From contig NMRA01000337.1 of the NCBI GenBank assembly GCA_002633005.1, positions 310,001 through 374,000 of the forward strand: 64,000 bases of DNA, written 5' to 3'. The notes under the pieces were generated by a model, which saw only the letters and a program-made list of their open reading frames with translations, searched no databases and was not told the origin of the DNA. Every line of letters starts with the position of its first letter. The first letter of the stretch is position 1. Of the stretch, positions 47,401 to 59,400 are shown in pieces. A program made the translations under genes and the position numbers. This DNA is from Phoronis australis. Lineage: Eukaryota > Animalia > Phoronida.

Positions 47401-50400
47401 AAATCAGTGTCAGCCATTGTCTTCTCATCACGAACACATCTGCCAATTTTCATAATGATTCTTTGCGGAGTTTGGTGGATGGGAAGGCAGACGTCAAAAA
47501 CATACAAGTTTGTCAATTGCCTCCAGGTGGCACAGAATACGTCAAAAAAGTTTCACAGTCTCCTAAATAGAAACCTGTTTGTTAGATTTCACGCTAATTC
47601 ATCAAGGAACTCCAAAGATACAGAGGCAAAGTTAATGTAAAAAAATTGCCCCTGGGGAGCAGAGCGGTAGTCGAATCTGAGTTCGAAACTCATGGTCGTC
47701 GGTTATCAGCTTCAAAGAAACACGTCTGTCAAAATATGTCATTATAAGAAATACAGCCACGGATGCCAGACATCCAGACAGAAATGACAACAATATGCAC
47801 CCACATACAAATAATTTATGTGGGTGCATAAAAAATGGTAAGGAATATTATGAGACCAATTTTACAAGAGAAAGTTGTCGTAAAATCAATTTTCATCTTT
47901 CAGTCACCTAAACAGGATGCATTACTTAACAGCTTTACTCTAATTTAAGCTATTCTGTGCTTCCATATAATGCCTCCCTCATTAATAATCAACCAAAGTT
48001 CTACGTTCTTCCTTCAGGTGAAAACAAAATTGACAACAAACAGCAAAACGTAAATACATATTGGGTATGATAAGTTGGCCACCACAGCAGGAGGCCCAGA
48101 GTACATATTTCACCTTGTCTCTCTGTATCAAGTATGGCACAGTAAAAGTTAAATTTTTCACTATTTTAATAAAATGAACAATGCTCTCTATTGGAAAAGA
48201 CTAATAGCTTCTAGACCAATAGTACTTTGAGAAAAAATTAAAGCTGACAATACGAAGCAGTGCCTAACAGTCACATGACCTTGTGTTTAATAAAATATGA
48301 TACGTAAACATTACGGCTCTATCCTTAGTAGAATTTTGTGCAGAAACACAACTTTACAACTGCAACAAAAATTATCCCTACACAATAGAATTGCAGCAGT
48401 AATTAACAAGTCATAAAGTACACCAGGGCACGCAGTCTAATCTCTGCGCTCAAATCTCCACTTAAATTGATCAATTACACGGCATGCTTTTTAAAGTAAA
48501 CTCACTAATTTGCACTCAAATCATGTGCAATTAGTGGCTAAGTTTTGAGTTCCAGGCTGTGTTCCAAAAATTAGATCCCCAGGGGCCAGATGATGATTCT
48601 TACACTCTGACTACACAAACGGTCCTATTGATAAATGCCTGCCTTCTTGCACAGTTACTTACAACCTGACTACACAAACAGTTCTATTGACAAATGCCTG
48701 TCTTCTTGCACAATTACTTATAACCTGACTACACAAACAGTTCTATTGATAAATGCCTGTCTTCTTGCACAGTTACTTATAACCTGACTACACAAACAGT
48801 TCTATTGATAAATGCCTGTCTTCTTGCACAGTTACTTATAACCTGACTACACAAACAGTTCTATTGATAAATGCCTGTCTTCTTGCACAGTTACTTATAA
48901 CCTGACTACACAAACAGTTCTATTGACAAATGCCTGTCTTCTTGCACAGTTACTTATAACCTGACTACACAAACAGTTCTATTGATAAATGCCTGTCTTC
49001 TTGCACAGTTACTTATAACCTGACTACACAAACAGTTCTATTGATAAATGCCTGTCTTCTTGCACAGTTACTTATAACCTGACTACACAAACAGTTCTAT
49101 TGATAAATGCCTGTCTTCTTGCACAGTTACTTATAACCTGACTACACAAACAGTTCTATTGATAAATGCCTGTCTTCTTGCACAGTTACTTATAACCTGA
49201 CTACACAAACAGTTCTATTGACAAATGCCTGTCTTCTTGCACAGTTACTTACAACCTGACTACACAAACAGTTCTATTGACAAACGCCGGCTGTCTTCTT
49301 GCACAGTTACTTACAACCTGACAACACAAACGGTCCCATTGACAAATGCCTGTCTTCTTGCACAGTTACTTACAACCTGACTACACAAACAGTTCTATTG
49401 ACAAACGCCTGTCTTCTTGCACAATTACTTACAACCTGACTACACAAACAGTTCTATTGACAAATGCCTGTCTTCTTGCGCAATTACTTACACTCTGACT
49501 ACACAAACAGTTCTATCGATAAACGCCTGTCTGCTTGCACAATTACTTACAATTTTGCAAGTAACAATAAATTTCCCTTTTGAATGATTAAACACCCGAC
49601 ACTTTTTGTTATTGACAGTCTTTATTTCGTTTCGTTCATGTTCCGAATAAAACTCTACACGGAACATTGATGAAGTAACTGACCAAGAGACATGATTAAA
49701 AGGTACACAATATTTCGAAACATACTTGTTTCATTCTCAAGTGGAAATAAAATGACGCAGTAATGCCACCACAAAGAATAAGCTGGAGACATACGCAGTG
49801 TAACACAGCAGGTATGAAATACAGCAAAGAATGACAAATGAAGGGGGGAACAGGAAGATTGAAAGTATTGGAGTCCTTTTTGATTGCATTTGAGAAGCCT
49901 GTTTTGAATGAGCAGCACACAGGGTCACGCTGCACATTCCACTTTCCTGTTACTCCCCTTCATTTGTCATTCTTTGCAGTATTTCACACCTGCCATGTTC
50001 CACTGAGTATGTCTTGAGCTTATGTTCTTTGGTGGCATTACTGCGTCATTTTATTTCCACTTGAGAATGAAACAAGTTTGTTGTGAAATATAGTGTACCT
50101 TTTAATCATGTCTCTTGGTCAGTTACTTCATCAATGTTCTGTTGAGTGTAGAGTTTTATTCCGAACATAAGAACAAAATGGAATAAAGACTGTCAATAAC
50201 GAAAAGTGTCGTGTGTTTAATCAATTCTGCATATCGGAAAACCTGCAGAAAGTTCCCTTTAGATAAATCATCTTAGTAGCAGCCAGTAGGTTTATCACTG
50301 GAATATCATTAGGGAGTAGAGACCTCAGTAACCAGGCATCTCAGCTGGACTACTAGATACATTTCGGTATTGTGTTCACATTAGGAAATTTATTCCTTTA

Positions 50401-53400
50401 CTCGATGACCGAATAGTGGGTAATTTGCACATGTACTAGGACGGACATGAGTAAGATGTACTAGGACGGACATGGGTAAGATGTACTAGGAGCGACATGG
50501 GTAAGATGTAAGTAGAAACCGACATGGGTAAGATGTACTAGGACAGACATGAGTGAGATGTACTACGACGGACATGAGTGAGATGTACTACGACGGACAT
50601 AAGTGAGATGTACTAGGAACGACATGAGTGACATGTACTAGGACCGACATGAGTGACATGTACTAGGACCGACATGAGTGACATGTACTAGGACCGACAT
50701 GAGTGACATGAACTAGGACCGACATGAGTGAGATGTACTAGGATCGACATGAGTAAGATGAACTGGGACTGACATGTGTGAGATGCAATAACATTCTGCT
50801 GCCTGTTTTAGCTATGAACTAGAAATTAGTAAAAAGCATCACAATATTTGATTGAGTTCTACTCAAAACAATTGGAAGCAAATAATGGGATTCGTGAAAT
50901 TTCTTTTGTACAGTAACTATCATGTCAAGCCCACGCTGTTTCAATAAAACAAGAATTTTACAAAATTCTCATGTACAATATCATTACAAAAATAAACAAA
51001 TTCAACACTACAGTGCCAGCTAATGGTCAAAATTAACCAGACTATACAATGAGACATAACTTATTTACTAAAATTAACCAGACTATACAATGAGACATAA
51101 CTTATTTACTAAAATTAACCAGACTATACAATGAGACATAACTTATTTACTAAAATATATAATTAGTAGCATTAGACCTAGAAATAACAAAAACATTAGT
51201 GATTCTAGAAAAATAAAAGAACTTATAGTACTGCGTGCTTTAAGTGTGAAACACCAGACAAAAAATCATGTGACTATTGGCTCTACAACTGAACCACACC
51301 TGGGTTAAATAAGTGAAGCTTACTGCCTAATGCAGGATGAGTTGGTAGAGTGACATCACTGATCTATGGACATGCTGGCCAAGCTTGATAAAGAAAGAAC
51401 CATACGAACCAGACAGGGCCCTACTTAGTTCCTCCTCTGCCATTTTTCTTGCTCGTTTCTCAGCTCTTGCAGCCCGTTCTTCCACCTCTTGGTCTTGTCG
51501 ACATTTGTGAAAGTTTTCCACCACTACTCCAACAAACATGTTTAGTACAAAGAATCCAACCAATAGTAGGAATGGAATAAAGTACAGCATGCGCCACTCA
51601 TTGTAGTTCTCAATGGGCTGAAAAGCAAAATGAAAGACATGTCATACACTGAAGAGGGCTGCGTTCTGTAACTCAAATCACTTAAGAGACATTTGCAGCT
51701 AGAAATTTTGGTTTAAGGAATGGAAATGTTGACATTACAGTTTTCTCCCACAATTCAATATTGTAGCCTAATTTGCCAATCAATCACTTCGGTGCCCATC
51801 ATTTCCCTAGTGTGATATGTAACTAAAGGAGATATTTCTAGCAATATTCAACAATTTTGTGAGTGGCCTCTTCATGTCGTGAACACATCCACTAAAACAA
51901 GAAACTGTAGGAACACCGCATTTATCCACCTTCACTCTTATCAGGCTTCTATTGTGAGTCAGCATGCGTGAATAATTGGCTGATAAGCCACCTCTGGAAC
52001 TACTTTTGGCTGAATGGATGGCCAGGCCATAAAATGATAATTAGCCAAGACCAGTTACTATAATGCAACAAAGAATAATGTCTTGCATCACCTAGCCTTG
52101 GTGGAAAGCTGTATACTGTATTGGCTCAAACAAACGCTTAGAAAAATTCATTTCACGGGGAGGGGACGCTTATTGTAGTGAGCCTACGGCAGTTGAAACC
52201 CGGTTTCCCAAACGGGTAAAATCGGAAGCTAGGATTCATCAAATTTACGCTCTGTGACGTATTTGTAGCCTATGACAGCCTTTCTACAAAATTGTGGTGC
52301 ATTGCTATCAACTTCCGTTGTTAAATTACGATAATTTTTCAAAAAATTGTGCTCATCACAGGGCGAAAACTTGCCGACTGATGCGTCGCTGAATCGCGAT
52401 CGTCAATAGGAAAACTTGTACTCTTGAATAAAAATATAGTTTCGACTCAACAAATTACCTGAAATCTTCCTGATGTTTTACAATTTTTAAAGTTCATGTG
52501 GAGTCCAGATTAATTGCGATTAAGTCCAAATGTGCGCTACATCGTACTCCACAACACGAGAAAAATCTCTGGATGAACACACATGTTGTTGTCACGTGAC
52601 GTTTGTTTTGAAGGTCGTCTGCGTATGAGAGTGAGTGAGCGTGCGTGTGCGGGTCATCGACGATAGACTTTTTTTGTACAAAAGGCGGAGGATTATGCAA
52701 GAAAATGGCGTTTACTAGATTGTTTTTCACTTAAACGGCTGTAACGTGCAAGGTGAGTGCTGGTTAACTCACAGATTTTGTGTGCACAGGCCGACTGTCG
52801 TTAGCTCTGCCGTGGAGTATTAATAGTCCAAGGCTCGATCTACATGTTGGGGACGAAATGAACTACCCGGGCTGTGTGAAATTTCTGGGTCTAACGGAGA
52901 CACTGACGCAGTGGTCAGTCAGATCGCTGTATCAAGACTATAGTCAAAATCCAAATTCGTTTTATCGTGTCCCTGTCAATAATAACGGCATGTTAAAGCC
53001 TTCTTAATTTTCGTACTTCAGGAACATAACAATCACGTGTTTTGTACACATACGCGCACGCCGCAGATCACATCTCGGAAATTGCCGATTTGACGGATGA
53101 CAATGAATGAACACAATGAAATTAACAACGTCGTTTTACAGCTTGTAAGATTCATAATAAAAGTATTTTGAATATTGCAATGCATGTGTTCCAAAATCTA
53201 AATAACTTGGGTCCTATATTTTTGTATTAGTGCGCGCCGAATGAAAGTAATCGTGAGTGTTGCTGTGTTGCAAAATCTCTTATCCTGGGCCGATTTGAAA
53301 AATTCAAAGTTGTACTCATATTTGTTTTCGCTCCTCTTTTCAAATATTACAGTAAAAACTACGTAAAACTCTCTCCATAAAAAGTACAGTCTGCTAGCTA

Positions 53401-56400
53401 GATTGTAATCAGCTGATCATATCCGCATGAGCGAAGCCAATTATCCTCACTCGTGACTCGATGACTAGAGCAGCTTGGCGGCATCCCTTTGATCGTGAGC
53501 CGAGCGCGACTCAGCCAAGGTGGATAAATACGGTCTAGTTCAATTTTCCATACCCCACCGTTTACCTTACCAACTGGGATTAGAACCAATCTTATTTAGT
53601 GGGAATGTTCATAGCATGTTGTTATTTATTTCTCACACTAGAAACTGGCCACGTTGATAGGACTAGATTCCTGAATTCATTACTAACCTGTTGATCCACA
53701 ACAACACCATTACTAAACTGCTGATCCACAACAACAGCAATACTAACCTATTGATCCACAACAGCATTACTAACCTGTCCATCCACAATGACACCATTAC
53801 TAACCTGTTGATCCACAACAACAGCATTACTAACCTGCTGATCTACAATGACACAATTACTAACCTGCTGATCCACAACACCACCATTACTAACCTACTG
53901 ATCCACAATAACAGCATTACTAACCTGCTGATCCACAACAACACAATTACTAACCTGCTGATCCACAACACCATTACTAACCTACTGATCCACAATAACA
54001 GCATTACTAACCTGTTGATCCACACCAACAGCATCTAAACCAGTGTACATTATGTTCACCCAACCATCCTTGGTGGCCAGCACAAATAACGACATCAGCG
54101 CCTGCAAGATAGACATTTCGAGAAAACTAAATCACTGGTCTAATTAGGTTATAACAAGCCGATGTGATAGAAAAACAACAAAGAGTAATAAACAATAATT
54201 ATGTCATTTGTAACAGAATTAGGAAAAAAATTAAGCTATGGAACTGATTGTAGTGATTCTATAGTTGTCAAAGCTATTAATAGAAGAGCTTGAGACACTC
54301 CACTAGTTTAATTACACAGTCCAACTGGGTCAGTTGCATGGCTAACACACAAAGAACTGCTTTCACTGGCCTTGCTTTCAATTTCAAAAGACCTATTGTG
54401 AGAATTATACCCGTAATTTACAACCCTCCACAATATTCTAAGCCACTATGTGGACTAGCTACCCCCTCCAAGCCCAAAAGGGGTTGCCACTATTTACACC
54501 CCTATGACTACGAGGTAAGAACTTTTTAATTATTTTCTGGCATGCCCCTAAGGTACAACTTGCTTGCCTTAAATGATTATCTGCGATTCAAAGCCATCTT
54601 CACAGCACCCACAAGGACCCTATTACCCCGTACCCACTAAAACAAATTACCTGTCCCAGATCATCAAAGTTATACTTCTGATTAACCCATTGATAACCTC
54701 TGCTGGTACAGTCAGTTCTGTTGATTATTCCAGTCATGTTAGCTGTGTCACAGTAGTATAGCATGCCTTTAAATAACTGAAAAAAAACAGAGATACTGAG
54801 ATACATTGCAATAAGCTGTTGTGCAAGACAGTGACACATCTCTAATTCAATTCCTCGTGCCTCCTGCCAACCAAGTACGCAGACGATCGCATACAAGGGA
54901 GGCGCATGTTTTATAGTCCGATCTTACCACACAATTCCGACTCCTGCCAACTTTCCGGGTAATTTAAGCAAGTTTGATGAGTGCTAAGTATTGAGTTTGG
55001 CAAATGCACCGATTTCACAAAATAAACGGAACAAAAATTGTAAACCGAAGGTAATAAGTCTAGAACAACTGTAGGAAATTTAAAGTTTGGAAGTCAACAC
55101 AAACTTTGAAATGAATCTCTGGGAACTACTGTCTGACCTTCAGATACTCGCTGAGGTGACTTTCTCAGGTTTTCAAACACAATATGAAGTTGCATTGGCA
55201 CTGAAGGATATATTCAGCCAGTCACCAGGGAGCCACTCGTCACTCATCCTATGAGTTCTTCCATGCAGGTGACCAGTCTTTCATTATCAAATAAATTTGG
55301 CTCATGAAAAGAGGGTCTAATTTGATACCAACATTAATCTGCACTTGTAGCCCAGTCATCATGTCATTACCGATGCATAAACAGTCCGAACTGTGTAAAC
55401 GTGCTACATCAAGTCTCTAGCTTAATGACCATCTTAGATTTCTATTAACCCACAATTCAAGCAAAAGGTTTTACAAAGACGATTGTAGAGAGCAAAATAT
55501 GTGGTAGAATTTTATACTAGGACCAATGTTTTGTTTCAGTTGCATATCCCATGCCTTATTACATCCTATAACAAATAAGTTGAATGTATTCAGCAAGTTG
55601 CACCCACACATTTATGATTAGCTTCTTTGGATAAGGATTAGGAAAAAACAGTAGAGAGGCCCGACTCCTGTCCCTAACCATCAATAGGGTGCTTATCTGA
55701 ATGATCTTAGTATCCCACAAGAATGTCGGTGAATTTTGAATTGGGTAGGGCGTAATGGCGACTATCTTAGCAATGACGAAGTGCAGCCATTGAAAAAAAC
55801 CAGGCCTCAGTTGAGGCGCATACTTACTTGGACTCCCAGTATGCCAAATATTATGAAGAACGTGCAACATATTAGCACGATATTTCCAATGGGACGTAAC
55901 GAAGACAGCAACGTCTCTACAACAAGCTTCAGACCAGGGGCTCGATTGATCAGTCGCAGAGGTCGGAGTGTTCTCAGCAAGCGTAGAACTCGGAGGATGC
56001 CGAATATACGAGGGCTGCTGGCGGCCGTGAACATGATGAGTAAATCGGTGACGGATATTATGACGAGGAAACAATCCATTATGTTCCAACCACTCTTCAT
56101 ATATGCATGCTTACCAATGAAGAAGCCCTTAGCAATAATCTGAAACAATGAGGTCACGTAATATTCAATAATATCAAGCCATGATGGAAAAGTACCATCA
56201 AGACAAAACAATAAGATGTAGTTATTTACAATTAAGGAATCAAACACTTTAATTTCCAGATTGCGAAACATAGTATTTCAATCACTTCAAATTCTCGACA
56301 ATTGCTGCACAAATAAAAAAGTTAACTAAACGTTTCGTCTATTCATAATACATCATCAGGACATGTAATGTAGGACAACAAGTGCGATTACCATTCAAGT

Positions 56401-59400
56401 CACATCCATGTGGTGAAATGAGAGAGAGATACAGGGAATAATAAGTACGTCATCACTACTAATCTAATTCTAGAGATAGCAATTTGATTTGAGTTTGTTG
56501 CCCAGTGTACAACAACAAAATTATGAAATGTAGCACCATACCAAAGCCTAAACGTTTGAATTTATAGAGCTTTTGATCTCACAACTAGTTTTTGTTAGTT
56601 ATTAAGTCATTTAGTATTCACTAACATAGTGTGACATATATGTGAGACACCTATTAGCCATCATAAAAAACACTACATTCAATGTTGTATTGAGCGCCAT
56701 TCAGGTAATAGCACTGAATGATATCCTGTTTCACACAATGGTGAATGTCTAATGTTTGATTTTAATGAACTTCCTACCTTTTATGGTGACACAAGGACTG
56801 GGATAATGGTACTTTTGAGATAATAAACTGATTTAATCTTAATTGATCTTACTTACAATGTGTCAATTTTTAACCCGTCGATGTAGCACACAGCATAACT
56901 TTAAATGCTATCAAAATTTCATACTGAAACAATTTAGAGGATTTTATCTTCAAAGCTGTTGAGATTTTTGGAATGCATTACGAGAAAAATGTTGGCTTGT
57001 AAATATCCAGTGACATCACAGACAGCTTGATGATAACAGGATCCAGTGACATCACAGACAGCTTGATGATAACAGCATGGTGGAAAAACAATACTTGTGA
57101 GTTGAGCACACCAGAATTGAAAGCAATGGAAAACTGCAACATTGTTTTTGGTGCATGTATGACAAAACAATAATCAGAGAAATAAAAATGGATCAATAAA
57201 AAACACAGATTAGCATGCCTTTTGAGTGAAAGATCCTTGAGGCAGCTACCATCTGATGAGGCTGCAGTCAAATCTCAGAACTTAAAATGCAATTTGTGAA
57301 TCAGTTGTGATATCAATACATGTTTACGAGCCGACAACCACCCAAAACCCAGTTGAAAAATGAAATACCCACAATTAATTCTGATTTGATGGGAATACCT
57401 TGACAGACATTTCTAAGAAAAAGAGTGCCGTGAAGACATAGTTGCTGTATGTGAGGAACTGTCGCTCGGTACTTTCTGGAGGAATGGACGGCCGCTCCAT
57501 TGCCAGCGTGATGCAGTTGAGCGCAATTACAAATAGCACTGTGTAATCAAACACCTTCTTGGACACCAGGTGATGACAAAACTTGCGAAATCTGGAATTA
57601 CATTGCATCATATATGTAAATAAAACAACAAAAATGGATCACTGAAATTTTCGGATATAAAAACATCCTTCGTCAACAGAAAAAGAAGTAAAGTCAGCTG
57701 TTGACAAAGGATGTTATAATATCCGAAAATTTCAGTGATCCAGTTTTGTTGTTTTATTTCTACTTTTCGACACACAAGTGTATTCTTTAGAGGATCTGGA
57801 TCGCCTCTTCTAGTTTCGGTTTTATTTTCTACGTTATTTATTGCATCATATATTTGTATTATACAAATCAAAATGAGGTACATTCAATACGTTTAATGCT
57901 TTACAAAATAATGTATTCAAGTAATCCTAAATCCCAAAATTTGCCAGTATCAGCATTGCATGCAATTGGATTTGATGTTGAATGCTGTAAATCAACTCTG
58001 AAAACTTGTTAATAAATGTTTATGTCATCTGCATGCCTCTAATTGTTGGTGCTACAAATAATTTTTTTTGTAAAGCATACATTTTGAAATGAGTCATTTA
58101 AATGTGCAATGTAGTCATAAATAAATCATTTAAAATTTAATGTACAATGTAGTCATAAATAAGTCATTTAAAATATTATTTAAAGTACAATGTAGTCATA
58201 TAGTTTATAGTTCTGTTGAAGGAAGTCTTATTTTTATACTACAATTTTGGATTTAGTTAGTTACATTTTAGTAACTAATTGTATTTTTATACAATCAAAA
58301 GGTATGATGGTGTATTTTTATACTTAAAAGCATAATTATCTGCAATAAAGATTATCATATTGTATCATATTACACTAAGTCATACAATATAAAGTTTATT
58401 ATATGGAACCATATCATATCATATCACATTATATGGTACCATATCACATTGTATGGTACCATATCATATCACATTATACAGTACCATATCATGTCTCATT
58501 ATATGGCACCATATATCATTATGTGGTACCATAGGTATATCATGTCACCACATTACATGGTACCACATAATGATATATGGTACCATATAATGTGACATGA
58601 TATGGTACCGTATAATGTGATATATGGTACCATATCACATTATATGGTACCATATCATATCACGTATCATGTAATAACCATATGATAGAAAGTGGAGCCT
58701 TGGTTACGGGCGAAAGCCAAAAATTAGCGTTAAAAACTCTGACCATTTTTACAGTGAATAATGCAAGTTCCTTATTACAAATATAATGTAAGTAATAAAT
58801 AAGGTTACTAAAGCACAGCTCGGCAATATGATCAGTGCATGGTTTTTGCCGTATATTTGAGACGAACCCATGATTTTCCATTTGCTTTGTCTAAAGGCGT
58901 CAAGACTTGTACGCAGGGTGTTAAGGTATTTAGTCAGTATGGCCAATGATACTTTTTGTATACTTCTTATGTCAAGCACCAGCATTCAGCATCAGTTCAG
59001 TTATGGTCTGAGGGTCAAGTTAACGGGTCGACAATTTACCTACTCTGGCTGTCTAATTTTCAACTTCGGTTCCTGTCTGCACTGGATATTTGGAATATTA
59101 CGTTAAGTCTTTATGCTTGGTTGTCTCGACACGACATGTTTTCACGAGTCATGAGATACAACTTGACCGACAAAATGCAAGTTTATCTACGACCATGTGT
59201 CGAATGCAGAGTCCATTTCAAAAGCAAATGTCTTCTTATAATAAAAATAGAACAACAGAAGTTAATCAAAATGGTCACAGTGGTCATATGGTAGTTGACT
59301 AGCAGAAGAATGGACAATCTTGCACAGTTTCGATTCTTTAATGTACACACAAACACTGGCTTGAGCGATGAAAACAGGGGTTGGCTATCTCACCATGTTG

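Noticed and set aside
53691-54038. 115-aa plus-strand ITNLLIHNN repeat ORF (LRR-like look)
   Set aside because: Antisense reading of the duplicated donor-site repeat.
55559-56143. Long overlapping ORFs on both strands
   Set aside because: Shadow frames of the Cav3 IIIS3-S5 exon.
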